Part shown: piece by piece, positions 17,684 through 27,398 of the stretch
Numbering within the stretch: position 1 is the first letter of the stretch
Layout of the letters: the number at the start of each line of letters is the position of its first letter
Assembly: GCF_050920415.1 (NCBI RefSeq)
Contig: NZ_CP169309.1
Direction: 5' to 3' (one strand)
Length of the DNA stretch: 64,000 bases
DNA from: Escherichia coli
Lineage (GTDB): Bacteria; Pseudomonadota; Gammaproteobacteria; Enterobacterales; Enterobacteriaceae
Position numbers and translations under genes: made by a program
The notes under the pieces: model-generated
Told to the model about the DNA's origin: nothing
Seen by the model: only the letters and a program-made list of their open reading frames with translations
The model's database searches: none

Positions 17684-17929
17684 TCATGCGATATTTCCCA
17701 GCTTATACGGTTCAATATGTTCCCCGCATTCTGCGGCACAGATCAGCTCGGAAAGTTCGTTAAGTGCATCCAGATCATCAGCGTAAAAAGCCACGTCATA
17801 CAGACTTCGGATTGCTCTGGTCAATGAGTCACGGGCCGCACGTTCAGCATGAGTGCCTGATGCACTTAAGCGAAAATAAAAACGCTCAAGTGCTTTGTTA
17901 ATGAGAGTTTTATATTCTTTGCCCATCAC
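17684..17929 (-). CDS. hypothetical early protein
   Basis: 81-aa ORF in the early operon. Confidence 0.4.
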   Translation of the reverse strand: MMGKEYKTLINKALERFYFRLSASGTHAERAARDSLTRAIRSLYDVAFYADDLDALNELSELICAAECGEHIEPYKLGNIA

Positions 17930-17964
17930 AACGCCCTTTAATCTGCTTTCTGTATTTCAGCTTC

Positions 17965-18225
17965 TTAATCCATACAAATAATTTCGATATAGGGTTCATC
18001 GCCATTAACCTGGCGTGCCTTTTCAGCTTCGCTAATGATTTCTCGTACGGTCTGGTACGGAAGTTCCACAAGCAGTCGCGTGCCGTTCAGATAAACGTAA
18101 GTGGCTTCGTCGGCTCCGTTTTTACCCGCCGGAGTCACTCCGTCAATAGCGGATGCACGTAATAACAGTTCACCGCGAAAATCAATAAAACGGATAAATA
18201 CACCTTGTGCATGGTCTTTGGTCAT
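17965..18225 (-). CDS. hypothetical early protein
   Basis: 86 aa from internal Met; longer form would overlap the upstream gene by 104 nt. Confidence 0.4.
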   Translation of the reverse strand: MTKDHAQGVFIRFIDFRGELLLRASAIDGVTPAGKNGADEATYVYLNGTRLLVELPYQTVREIISEAEKARQVNGDEPYIEIICMD

Positions 18226-18235
18226 AAAGCACCTG

Positions 18236-18586
18236 TTATAAATCAGCCTGTTTAATAAAACTTTGCCTGCGAAGCAGACGATCAACCGTGCGAAGTGCTT
18301 CGTATAATGTGAAATCCTGCCCGAACTGATTGTCGCCACAGCTCAATGCAAAAATGCGGTTTCCGGTAAACGGATTGCGTGGGCATTTGTGGACCACGAT
18401 TCCAGCTTTCTCAATCAGCCAGGCATGCTCGCCGATTTGTTTTACAGCGTGGCCATCCGGTGTTGCGTGCGTCTCGTTCAGGTTATAGCGACTGTTACTA
18501 CGTGATGCACTGGTAGTGACGTGGTGTACATGGCGTTCTACGCCATTACGAAATTTGGAGTATGGATTATTAGCGTTTTTTTTCAT
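18236..18586 (-). CDS. hypothetical early protein
   Basis: 116-aa ORF in the early operon. Confidence 0.45.
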   Translation of the reverse strand: MKKNANNPYSKFRNGVERHVHHVTTSASRSNSRYNLNETHATPDGHAVKQIGEHAWLIEKAGIVVHKCPRNPFTGNRIFALSCGDNQFGQDFTLYEALRTVDRLLRRQSFIKQADL

Positions 18587-18607
18587 GATGGTGCTCTGTT
18601 CATTGTT

Positions 18608-18811
18608 TTAGCTGTTAGCCAAAGCGTCTTTTAACATCGCCACAAGGTTTACTTCAGGCTTTTCCATTTTGGCGCGTTTGGGGCGGATAATAATTCGACC
18701 GTCAGCCAACATCTTTTTGCATGTATTAAGAGGGATACCTGTTATCTCTGCATATTTCTGCAGGGATACATAGGGGGCATTCACATTGATATTGATGGTT
18801 ATACCTGACAT
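18608..18811 (-). CDS. Cox/Apl-like small HTH regulator (putative excisionase/lytic-switch protein)
   Basis: 67 aa; YVSLQKYAEITGIPLNTCKKMLADGRI resembles the HTH segment of P2 Cox-type proteins; second gene of the operon divergent from the repressor. Confidence 0.5.
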   Translation of the reverse strand: MSGITININVNAPYVSLQKYAEITGIPLNTCKKMLADGRIIIRPKRAKMEKPEVNLVAMLKDALANS

Positions 18812-18827
18812 CCCACTAGCCTCCTGA

Positions 18828-19034
18828 TCAGGAAGATTTGTTTTGTTCTTTCTGGGTTAGCTCTAGGCCGCGAAGGAAGATCATGCGCGCCATGTTAGAG
18901 GATGAGCGTTGTTCTTTAGCTGCCATTTCATCAATGACGGCTCGCTCCTCGAGGGACAGCCGAAGTGCCAGTCTTGGACCTGTGGCGGTGTTACGCGGAA
19001 TGCGTGATCTGGTATCGTGAAGAACTTGTTTCAT
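18828..19034 (-). CDS. small putative DNA-binding regulator (first gene of early lytic operon)
   Basis: 68 aa, divergent from the CI-like repressor; Cro-like position. Confidence 0.4.
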   Translation of the reverse strand: MKQVLHDTRSRIPRNTATGPRLALRLSLEERAVIDEMAAKEQRSSSNMARMIFLRGLELTQKEQNKSS

Positions 19035-19075
19035 AGTGGTATATTGTGATCATCTAATAGCTCGTGAAATCATTT

Positions 19076-19093
19076 TGGTATCAAAAAAGATAC
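19076..19093. promoter_or_regulatory. putative operator palindrome in the divergent switch region
   Basis: Perfect inverted repeat GGTATC-AAAAAA-GATACC between the divergent repressor and early-operon starts. Confidence 0.4.
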
Positions 19094-19109
19094 CTGTCAA
19101 GGTTTTTGT

Positions 19110-19514
19110 ATGAAAAATGATATTGGTCAGCGGTTGCGTGAGGAAAGGGAAAGATTGGGACTTAGTCAAGTTGCCATGAGCGACATTGGTGGAGTCAAAA
19201 AGCTAACTCAGCTTAGATATGAGAAAGGAGATAGCTTTCCTGATGCTGCGTATTTGGCAGCGCTGTCTCGTTTTGGCCTTGATGTTCAGTATGTTGTGTT
19301 GGGAATTCACTCACCTGAAACTTATAACGATGATGAGCAGGAGTTGATTACTCGCTTTCGAGCAGCTTCGTTAGATGTGAAAAACGCGGTGATTGGGGCT
19401 TTAAAAGGTGCGATCAGTGAAAAGGAAACTCAGCCATCAGGACGTGAGTTAAATATTTCTGGTGGTAATAACCGTATTGCTGGTCGTGACTATAACGAAA
19501 CTAAGGGTAGGTGA
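19110..19514 (+). CDS. CI-like immunity repressor, HTH XRE family
   Basis: 134 aa; N-terminal IGQRLREERERLGLSQVAMSDIGGVKKLTQLRYEKG is a classic XRE helix-turn-helix; transcribed toward the integrase as in 186. Confidence 0.75.
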   Translation: MKNDIGQRLREERERLGLSQVAMSDIGGVKKLTQLRYEKGDSFPDAAYLAALSRFGLDVQYVVLGIHSPETYNDDEQELITRFRAASLDVKNAVIGALKGAISEKETQPSGRELNISGGNNRIAGRDYNETKGR

Positions 19515-19529
19515 TAGTAGGGAGGTGAC

Positions 19530-20180
19530 ATGGCCGTCAACTCAAACGGTTCAAACAATCGCGTTGCTGGGCGTGATTTTCACGAAAAGAATATTCAGAT
19601 AGAGCGATATGATGGTTCTCATACCGTCAATATCGCAATCCCTTCGAATAATGATGATGACGATCGCCCTTTGCTTAAGGCTCAGCGTAAGGAGCTAAAT
19701 AGTTTGGTTGCTGCTATTGCAGAAGCTAGCAATACTGAAGCGTTTATTATTTGGCAAAAAGTACATGCTGAGATTGGTGTAGCTGGTATTGATGATATGA
19801 CAGTAAATCAATATAAAACAGCGGAGAGTTTTCTGCATGCAATGCTTGAGCGATGTAAAGATCATGATGCCTGTAAGGCTCTTGTAAGTTTATTACTACG
19901 TAACAGTGAAGACTGTGGACTTCGACAAAAACTTCTGCGGTATTGCCATATCAATTTCGGTACAGGACGTTTAAACGATCTTACTCGTTCTCAGTTACAG
20001 TCTGCATTGTCGTGGTTAGAGCAACAATCGGCATCAAGCCACACAGAGAGTTCGACCTTACCAGAAGTCCGACTTCGTGCTTCAGAATTAATCCGACTTT
20101 ATCCAAAAGAAATAATATTCTTTATCTGCGTAGGGGGTTTGGTAGGCGGTGTCATTTCTAGGGTGCTTTTTAATTTGTAA
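19530..20180 (+). CDS. cargo protein, C-terminally membrane-anchored, unknown function
   Basis: 216 aa, GGGAGG Shine-Dalgarno; C-terminal TM helix IIFFICVGGLVGGVISRVLF; N-terminus repeats a peptide motif found at the repressor C-terminus. Confidence 0.55.
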   Translation: MAVNSNGSNNRVAGRDFHEKNIQIERYDGSHTVNIAIPSNNDDDDRPLLKAQRKELNSLVAAIAEASNTEAFIIWQKVHAEIGVAGIDDMTVNQYKTAESFLHAMLERCKDHDACKALVSLLLRNSEDCGLRQKLLRYCHINFGTGRLNDLTRSQLQSALSWLEQQSASSHTESSTLPEVRLRASELIRLYPKEIIFFICVGGLVGGVISRVLFNL

Positions 20181-20209
20181 TCTTACTTGAGCTAAATTGA
20201 GGTAATGAT

Positions 20210-20557
20210 ATGAAAGTAAAAAAGGTTCAACTATTAGTTACTTTTTTATCTATGTTTTCTTTTTCCGCCGTCGCAATGCCTTTTAAAACTATTGAACGTG
20301 AGAGTTTCAATGGGGTATGGCCATTTAATACTGATGAGGTTCAATTACAGTGTCTTGATGGTAATCCTTATGTGATGAATTTTGACGATAATAAGTTATA
20401 TGCACTTACAGGTTTGGCTCGAATAAAAGGTAAAACATTTGGTGCGTTACCGTTAGATAACAATAATCCATTTTGGCTAGATAATGATGCCGCCCCAGGG
20501 TTAAAAAAGAGTCTGGGGGATGTCACTAAGGCTGCATTTGATTTATGTGATAAGTAA
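20210..20557 (+). CDS. cargo protein, secreted/periplasmic, unknown function
   Basis: 115 aa with signal peptide MKVKKVQLLVTFLSMFSFSAVA, no lipobox, two Cys in mature part; strongly AT-rich coding sequence. Confidence 0.6.
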   Translation: MKVKKVQLLVTFLSMFSFSAVAMPFKTIERESFNGVWPFNTDEVQLQCLDGNPYVMNFDDNKLYALTGLARIKGKTFGALPLDNNNPFWLDNDAAPGLKKSLGDVTKAAFDLCDK

Positions 20558-20562
20558 CTAAA

Positions 20563-21564
20563 ATGTCGGTTCGTAAGATTCCATCAGGTAAATGGCTTTG
20601 CGAATGTTATCCCTACGGGGCATCGGGAAAACGCATTCGTAAACAGTTTGCGACAAAAAGTGAGGCGCTCTCTTATGAGCGCCGTTTAATGAATAGTAGA
20701 GTTGGAGACGAGTTTCAAGATGGTTCTGGTCCTCGTCTTTCTGAGTTGATTGCTCGTTGGTTTGAGATGTACGGTAAAACCTTGTCCTCTGGTGCAGAGC
20801 GCAAAGTCAAACTTGAGGCGATTTGTTCCAGGCTGGGAGATCCATTTGCTTCTCAGTTTGACAAAAATATGTTTGCTACTTATCGGGAAAGAAGGCTATC
20901 AGGAGAATGGAATCCCAAGGGGAAGAAAAAACTTAGTGAAGCAACCGTTAATCGCGAGCAGTCATATCTACATGCTGTTTTTGCCGAACTGAAGCGCCTT
21001 GGGGAGTGGTCTGGTGAAAACCCCCTGACTGGTATTCGCAAGTTTCGTGAGGAAGAAAAGGAACTGGCGTTTCTGTATGTAGATGAGATTGAACGCCTTC
21101 TGATTGCGTGTGATGAGTCACGGAATAAAGATTTGGGGGTTGTTGTCCGTATTGGGCTTGCGACTGGTGCTCGGTGGAGTGAAGCAGAAGGATTAAAGCA
21201 ATCTCAAGTACTGCCCGGTCGAATCACATTTGTTAAAACTAAAGGAAAGAAGAACCGCACTGTACCGATTTCACCTCAATTGCAGGCTATGCTTCCTAAA
21301 AAACGAGGAGCGCTATTTTCACCATGTTATGAGGCTTTTGACGCTGCAATTAAGAGAGCGAAGATCGAGCTTCCTGATGGGCAATTAACTCATGTGCTAC
21401 GTCACACGTTTGCCAGTCATTTTATGATGCGGGGCGGAAATATTCTTGTGTTGCAAAAAATACTGGGGCATAGCGATATAAAAATGACTATGCGTTATGC
21501 GCATTTTGCTCCAGGTCATTTAGAGGCTGCTGTTGAATTGAACCCTTTTGACAATAGAGGGTAA
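20563..21564 (+). CDS. int: prophage integrase (tyrosine recombinase)
   Basis: 333 aa; catalytic motifs HVLRHTFASHF and TMRYAH; last prophage gene before the tRNA fragment. Confidence 0.85.
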   Translation: MSVRKIPSGKWLCECYPYGASGKRIRKQFATKSEALSYERRLMNSRVGDEFQDGSGPRLSELIARWFEMYGKTLSSGAERKVKLEAICSRLGDPFASQFDKNMFATYRERRLSGEWNPKGKKKLSEATVNREQSYLHAVFAELKRLGEWSGENPLTGIRKFREEEKELAFLYVDEIERLLIACDESRNKDLGVVVRIGLATGARWSEAEGLKQSQVLPGRITFVKTKGKKNRTVPISPQLQAMLPKKRGALFSPCYEAFDAAIKRAKIELPDGQLTHVLRHTFASHFMMRGGNILVLQKILGHSDIKMTMRYAHFAPGHLEAAVELNPFDNRG

Positions 21565-21670
21565 AAAGTGGCGATAAAAAGTGACAATAGATTCAAATGG
21601 CGTTGTATAGAGCCATTTTCAAAGTTAATAAAATCATAAGGTTATGATTTATAAATGGTGGTTGATAGTT

Positions 21671-21725
21671 TTTAAAATCCCTCGGCGTTCGCGCTGTGCG
21701 GGTTCAAGTCCCGCTCCGGGTACCA
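21671..21725 (+). other. leuZ: att junction: 3' 55 nt of tRNA-Leu(UAA) (leuZ-like) ending in CCA; partial gene only
   Basis: TTTAAAATCCCTCGGCGTTCGCGCTGTGCGGGTTCAAGTCCCGCTCCGGGTACCA matches the anticodon loop to 3' end of leuZ as recalled; the 5' half is replaced by phage DNA with only degenerate similarity. Confidence 0.7.
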
Positions 21726-21768
21726 TGGGAAAGATAAGAATAAAATCAAAGCAATAAGCAGTGTCGTG

Positions 21769-21792
21769 AAACCACCTTCGGGTGGTTTTTTT
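21769..21792 (+). terminator. rho-independent terminator downstream of the tRNA 3' end
   Basis: Hairpin ACCACCTTCGGGTGGT followed by a run of seven T. Confidence 0.65.
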
Positions 21793-21920
21793 GTACCTGC
21801 AACTTGTCGTTACACCCTCCTTAATTTTTAATCACCGGCAAAGCCACTCAAAAAGTATCTCTGATACGGACCGACATGTAAGATAGGTGTTGGCGAGTTG
21901 AGATCCACAAGGAAAAGCGT

Positions 21921-22586
21921 ATGAAAACGGGACCGTTAAACGAAAGTGAGTTGGAATGGCTGGACGATATTCTGACCAAATACAACACTGACCACGCCAT
22001 TCTTGATGTGGCGGAGCTGGACGGTTTATTGACGGCGGTGTTGAGTTCTCCGCAAGAGATTGAACCGGCACAGTGGCTGGTTGCCGTATGGGGTGGGGCT
22101 GACTATGTGCCACGCTGGGCGTCAGAGAAAGAGATGACGCGCTTTATGAACCTGGCTTTTCAGCATATGGCCGATACCGCAGAGCGTCTGAACGAATTCC
22201 CGGAGCAGTTTGAGCCGTTATTCGGCTTGCGAGAAGTCGATGGCAGCGAGCTGACGATTGTTGAGGAGTGGTGCTTTGGCTATATGCGGGGCGTGGCACT
22301 TTCTGACTGGTCAACGTTGCCCGATTCGTTAAAACCGGCGCTGGAGGCGATTGCGCTGCACGGTACTGAGGAAAACTTCGAGCGGGTAGAGAAGATGTCG
22401 CCAGAAGCGTTTGAAGAGAGCGTAGATGCCATTCGACTGGCGGCGCTTGATTTACATGCATACTGGATGGCGCATCCGCAGGAAAAAGCTGTTCAGCAAC
22501 CGATCAAAGCAGAAGAGAAACCGGGTCGTAACGATCCTTGTCCGTGCGGCAGTGGTAAGAAATTTAAGCAGTGCTGCCTGCATTAA
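21921..22586 (+). CDS. yecA: YecA, UPF0149 protein with C-terminal SEC-C metal-binding motif
   Basis: 221 aa ending [13 protein letters not shown]; K-12 gene order next to leuZ. Confidence 0.85.
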   Translation: MKTGPLNESELEWLDDILTKYNTDHAILDVAELDGLLTAVLSSPQEIEPAQWLVAVWGGADYVPRWASEKEMTRFMNLAFQHMADTAERLNEFPEQFEPLFGLREVDGSELTIVEEWCFGYMRGVALSDWSTLPDSLKPALEAIALHGTEENFERVEKMSPEAFEESVDAIRLAALDLHAYWMAHPQEKAVQQPIKAEEKPGRNDPCPCGSGKKFKQCCLH

Positions 22587-22635
22587 GAGGTCAAATTGGG
22601 TGTCAGCGTTAATTCTGGCACCCAATAAGATCTAA

Positions 22636-23847
22636 TCATCCCACTTCTGGTAACAAGCCTGCCGCAATCAAAAATTGCACGCCAATCACAGCAATACCAC
22701 AGAGAAACACCACCACCAGCGCTGGACGACCACCTTTCACCCGGTAACCCGCCTGAGGATTGTGCTTTCTGCTTTGCCAGGTCAACAGCGAAGGGATAAT
22801 CAATGCCAGTACCGCCAGCGCCACACCGGCGTAACCCAGCGCCATTACAAATCCTCGTGGATAAAACAGTGCAAACGCTAACGGCGGCAGAAAGGTAATT
22901 GCACCAGTTTGCAATCGTCCACCAACGGTATTTGAACGCTGAAACAAATCTGCCAGATAATCAAATAAACCTAACGCAACGCCGAGGAATGACGTGGCGA
23001 GGGCTAAATCAGCAAATAAATGCACCGCCAGCTCAACATGCGGAGAGGCCACCATTTCGCGTAACGCCTGTAACAGCCCGTTTAATCCGGCATGATTAGC
23101 CAGCAATCCCATAAAGGTTGTTGAATCAATGCTGCCAAGCGTCGCCAGCTGCCAGAAAATATATGCCACCAGGGGGATCGCACTACCGGTTATAAACACC
23201 CAGCGTAGCTTACGAATATTGCCATCCATATAACTGACAATGCTCGGCACGCTACCGTGAAAACCAAACGACGTAAAAATCACTGGGATTGCAGACAGTG
23301 CCAGCCCCTGTTGCAACGGCAGGGTTAAAAGATTCACCTTATGAATATGCGGAAGTAGCAGTACCAGCATCACCACCAGAAAAATAATTTTGGCGCTGAA
23401 CAGAAAACGGTTAAATAAATCGACCAGCGAAGTTCCGACACAAACCACGCCACCGGCAACAAAAGTGAACAACAGCACGCCAGCGGTTGCCGACATTGAA
23501 ATACCTGTCCAGTCGCTGATGCTGGAAGCCAACAATTCACCAGCACCACTGATGTATGCCGCAGTCAGAGCATACATTAAGAACATCATACTGAAGCCCG
23601 TCAGCCACTGACCGTAGCGTCCCAGATAGCGTTTTGCCAGCGTGCCCAGACCGGTATCTGCCGGGACATGCTGGTACACCTCCAGTAGTAATAGCGCCGT
23701 GTAGCACATCAACGCCCAAAGCCCAATCAACAAGATTAACGTGACGCTAAAACCAACACCTGCCGCAGCCAGCGGCATTGCCAGCATGCCTGCGCCAATT
23801 GTGGTTCCCGCCACGATAAAAACACTTCCCAGAGTTCTGTTTTTCAC
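22636..23847 (-). CDS. tyrP: tyrosine-specific transport protein
   Basis: 403-aa polytopic membrane protein, recognised as TyrP. Confidence 0.9.
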   Translation of the reverse strand: MKNRTLGSVFIVAGTTIGAGMLAMPLAAAGVGFSVTLILLIGLWALMCYTALLLLEVYQHVPADTGLGTLAKRYLGRYGQWLTGFSMMFLMYALTAAYISGAGELLASSISDWTGISMSATAGVLLFTFVAGGVVCVGTSLVDLFNRFLFSAKIIFLVVMLVLLLPHIHKVNLLTLPLQQGLALSAIPVIFTSFGFHGSVPSIVSYMDGNIRKLRWVFITGSAIPLVAYIFWQLATLGSIDSTTFMGLLANHAGLNGLLQALREMVASPHVELAVHLFADLALATSFLGVALGLFDYLADLFQRSNTVGGRLQTGAITFLPPLAFALFYPRGFVMALGYAGVALAVLALIIPSLLTWQSRKHNPQAGYRVKGGRPALVVVFLCGIAVIGVQFLIAAGLLPEVG

Positions 23848-24036
23848 GCTTTCTTCTGTCCTGACGATCTTTATGAGTGATATCTGCGGCGCAGGTTAAG
23901 GCATAACGGCGGATTCGTCAAACCGGCGTTACATATGGTGTAAATATAAATGTACAATAAAATGCGTTCAGTCCTGCGCTGGCGCAAAGTCTTGGTAAGC
24001 GGCAATCGCTACGCTAGCCTTTTTTGAGGAGGAACG

Positions 24037-24276
24037 ATGGACTCTATTCACGGTCATGAAGTGTTAAATATGATGATTGAATCAGGCGAGCAATATACGC
24101 ATGCCAGTCTGGAAGCAGCGATTAAAGCGCGTTTTGGTGAACAGGCACATTTTCACACCTGCTCGGCAGAAGGGATGACAGCGGGAGAGCTGGTAGCGTT
24201 TCTGGCAGCAAAAGGCAAATTTATACCTTCGGAAGACGGTTTTTCAACCGATCAGAGTAAGATTTGCCGTCACTGA
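24037..24276 (+). CDS. yecH: DUF2492 small protein YecH
   Basis: 79-aa ORF in conserved position between tyrP and ftnA. Confidence 0.75.
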   Translation: MDSIHGHEVLNMMIESGEQYTHASLEAAIKARFGEQAHFHTCSAEGMTAGELVAFLAAKGKFIPSEDGFSTDQSKICRH

Positions 24277-24283
24277 TTTGAAA

Positions 24284-24306
24284 CGGCGGCAGTAAACCTG
24301 CCGCCG
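24284..24306. terminator. hairpin between convergent yecH and ftnA
   Basis: CGGCGGCAG-TAAAC-CTGCCGCCG perfect 9-bp stem; no strong T-run. Confidence 0.4.
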
Positions 24307-24313
24307 GAGAACA

Positions 24314-24811
24314 TTAGTTTTGTGTGTCGAGGGTGGAGAGTTCTTTGTCGATAAAATACAAACCTTCGCCGCTTTTGCCTGCCAGGCTTAATTTATCAAT
24401 AATCGATTTGAACAGCTTCTCTTCTTCATGCTGCTCAGAAACATACCATTGCAGGAAATTAAATGTTGGGTAGTCCTGATTGGTCATTGCAGCATGAGCC
24501 AGTTCGTTAATTTTCTGCGTGATTAATTGTTCGTGTTTATAGGTTTCCTGGAATAATTCATCAAGTGAAGAATATTCAGCAAACGGAGATTCAACGGTAT
24601 TAATACGCGGTAAGTTGCCGGTATCAGTCAGATAATCAAACAGACGCTGCATATGCGTCATCTCTTCCTGGGCGTGACGGCGCAGGAACGCGGCAGCACC
24701 TTCGAAGGTATGATAGCTGCACCAGGCGCTCATTTGCTGATAAAGCAGTGAAGAGTACAGTTCCAGGTTCATCTGCTCATTAAGTTTTTCAATCATTTCT
24801 GGTTTCAGCAT
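24314..24811 (-). CDS. ftnA: ferritin FtnA
   Basis: 165-aa product starting [21 protein letters not shown] (internal Met of the 170-aa ORF). Confidence 0.9.
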
Positions 24812-24982
24812 GATAGTGCTCCACAAAGGTTATATTTGTTGCAGTGGCGTCACTATAATTTGTTATTTTATTATTTGCAAAAGGTAAAATATAAACTTCA
24901 TTTATTAAAAATACGAATGGGAATAAAACGCATTACTGATATTTATTTAATCAGCGAAGATCCCCCTCGCTGATTAAAACAT

Positions 24983-25306
24983 TTAGAGAAAGACAGGGAA
25001 GGCGGAATGATGGCACTGATATGACAAAGTGAATTCCGTATTCAAACATAAGGAACCCGCAAAGAGGCTACAGTTGCCTACTGGCTGACCAAAGGGGATA
25101 GCGTGGGTATAGCCTTCCTGCTGGCATGCGCGATCGGCGATCCCGCGACTGATATAACGATCGGTACGGGCATGCTGCAAAAAAGCCTGATCATAAACCA
25201 ACCGAACAATACCTGTTGCCGCGTCAACTTCGCCCACATGAGCCTGGCGAGTAACTGTGCACCCCGCCAGCGTTATTAATGAAAGAGTCAGAATCAGAAG
25301 TCTCAT
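24983..25306 (-). CDS. yecR: lipoprotein YecR
   Basis: 107 aa with lipobox LTLAGCTV. Confidence 0.7.
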   Translation of the reverse strand: MRLLILTLSLITLAGCTVTRQAHVGEVDAATGIVRLVYDQAFLQHARTDRYISRGIADRACQQEGYTHAIPFGQPVGNCSLFAGSLCLNTEFTLSYQCHHSAFPVFL

Positions 25307-25568
25307 GGTCCAGCCAGAAGAGTAAAAGAAAGCAGTATTTTACGCGTTACAGCGCTGCGACAATGGCCGGAAAAGACGCCTGGCAGGCGCTATTTCTCGC
25401 CATCTGTATGTGTCAGAAATGGGGGGGCTGCTTTTTGATTATCATTTTTATAACATTAAAGGGGTATTTATGTGATTTGCATCACATAAAGATTGATTTT
25501 TGTGATGATTGTCATATTATAAGTGCAAAGACAATAACACCTGCATAACAAATAGTCGGAGTGCCGCG

Positions 25569-25655
25569 ATGAAACTGCGCAAGATCCTGAAAAGTATGTT
25601 CAATAACTATTGCAAGACGTTCAAAGACGTACCGCCAGGGAATATGTTCCGATAA
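25569..25655 (+). CDS. azuC: small protein AzuC (28 aa)
   Basis: Translation MKLRKILKSMFNNYCKTFKDVPPGNMFR; below the ORF-track size cutoff. Confidence 0.7.
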   Translation: MKLRKILKSMFNNYCKTFKDVPPGNMFR

Positions 25656-25769
25656 CAAAAAACCTGCTCCGGCAGGTTTTTTTGTGTCCTGATGACGGTG
25701 GTTGTGACTATCGCTGAAGAAGTGAAGCCGCTACTATAACGGCTTTCAAAATGCTATCAGGAGTTTACG

Positions 25770-26021
25770 ATGTCCCAGCCGCTGAATGCCGATCAGGAAC
25801 TGGTTTCTGACGTGGTTGCTTGCCAGTTGGTTATCAAACAAATTCTGGATGTTCTCGATGTGATCGCACCCGTTGAAGTTCGCGAAAAAATGTCCAGCCA
25901 GCTGAAGAATATCGACTTTACTCACCATCCCGCCGCCGCAGACCCGGTCACCATGCGGGCAATCCAAAAAGCTATCGCGCTGATTGACCTCAAGTTTACC
26001 CCACAAGGCGAATCCCATTAA
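25770..26021 (+). CDS. yecJ: small protein YecJ (DUF2766)
   Basis: 83-aa ORF in conserved position. Confidence 0.7.
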   Translation: MSQPLNADQELVSDVVACQLVIKQILDVLDVIAPVEVREKMSSQLKNIDFTHHPAAADPVTMRAIQKAIALIDLKFTPQGESH

Positions 26022-26098
26022 AAAACCGCTGCTTCAAAAAGATGAGGCAGCGGTTTCTCAAAAACTTCATCGGCGCAATGCATTAGCGCCGATGATGA

Positions 26099-26602
26099 TC
26101 AATGCAGCTGATGCGACACGACATTCAGAACATGTTGGTCGGTCTGCACAGGGCACATACCAGCAAGTTTCGCACTGCGCACTTCATCAAGAATGGTTTG
26201 CAGCAACAGGCCATCATGCTGCTGCTCTTTTTCCAGATCGCGCAGGAAATTGACGGTTGAATCATCATTCAGTTCTTTAGCTTCATCGGCTAACTGTGCC
26301 AGCGTGCTTGAACGTTGCTCGTATTCTTCCATCGTTTTTTGGAAAAGTTCTTCCAGTGAGTTCAGTTTTTCACCGGGAACATCAATGGCTTTAACGATGG
26401 GAGTAGCGCCGACACTCTTCATAAAGTTAAACATGCGCATCATTTGGGTCACGTTACTCTGTGCCTGGGCGCGAAGGAAAGTGGCGGTGCCGTTCAGACT
26501 CTGTTCAGAACACCAGTTACTCAGGTGAAGGTAGAGATTGGATGCGTAAAACTCGCGGTTCATTTGAGAGTTGAGTTTGAGAAGCATTCCAGCGGTTGCC
26601 AT
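26099..26602 (-). CDS. ftnB: ferritin-like protein FtnB
   Basis: 167-aa ferritin-like ORF, paralog of ftnA. Confidence 0.85.
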   Translation of the reverse strand: MATAGMLLKLNSQMNREFYASNLYLHLSNWCSEQSLNGTATFLRAQAQSNVTQMMRMFNFMKSVGATPIVKAIDVPGEKLNSLEELFQKTMEEYEQRSSTLAQLADEAKELNDDSTVNFLRDLEKEQQHDGLLLQTILDEVRSAKLAGMCPVQTDQHVLNVVSHQLH

Positions 26603-27099
26603 ACCTAATATCCTTATATCCAGAAGTGGAGAGGTGCAAGATAAATCAAAACACCATAATTACTGTTTGCAGAATAATTCCTTTCTGCCGGTCCGAAATG
26701 TGATCGTGGAGTCAATTCTGACGATGATCTGAAATAAGAATAACGTCTGAACGGGTATAAGAAAATGCTTAAATCATCAAGTTTATATATTTTTACATTT
26801 CATTGATGAAATCAATGTAACTGCAATGAATTTTAATGATGATGCTTTTTGTATCTTGTTGATATTAATAGGGGGATTTGAATTCATGATGAAGCAATGA
26901 TTTTTTAAAACGTTTTTTCATTTTTGCGATAAGGCTCTCAGTATACGTGTTCTGTTAATTAATGAGCACGGTGATAATTAATGGCGAAATGAATGACGCT
27001 CATTTTCCACATCTTTGAATTGCGGTTATTACACCATTTCAAAAGCTCAACGCCAGGTAATGTGGCCAATTGACTGGTTAAAAAGAAGACGTTCCGTAT

Positions 27100-27398
27100 G
27101 AGTACAAAACACAACAAGGATTTCCAGGCTAATCTTATGGATTAATCTGCTGTGTACTCGATGATTTGTCTGACAAATAAGCCTTTCTCTATGTCTTTTC
27201 CCGCTAAATTTATGCACGTTCTCACTGTAATTCTGCGATGTGATATTGCTCTCCTATGGAGAATTAATTTCTCGCTAAAACTATGTCAACACAGTTACTT
27301 ATCTTTTAGTTAAAAGGTAATGCTTTGTTTTCCGATTAAATTAACGAGAGTTATTCGTTTTTGCCCTACACAAAACGACACTAAAGCTGGAGAGAACC
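27100..27398 (+). promoter_or_regulatory. araFGH promoter/regulatory region (AraC/CRP-dependent), boundaries approximate
   Basis: Long AT-rich intergenic segment upstream of araF; regulator sites known from K-12, not individually mapped here. Confidence 0.35.

Larger units (their letters stand above)
1..21725. mobile_element. P2/186-like prophage, partial (continues beyond window start); integrase-proximal junction at a tRNA-Leu 3' duplicate
   Basis: Colinear P2-type gene order J-W-V-S-R-lysis-X-L-M-N-O on minus strand, P-Q on plus strand, replication gene A, CI-like repressor and tyrosine integrase next to a tRNA 3' fragment. Confidence 0.85.

Noticed and set aside
21600-21730. Possible complete tRNA gene next to the integrase
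   Set aside because: Only the 3' roughly 55 nt match tRNA-Leu; the upstream sequence cannot form an acceptor stem or D-arm, so this is an att-site remnant and not a functional tRNA
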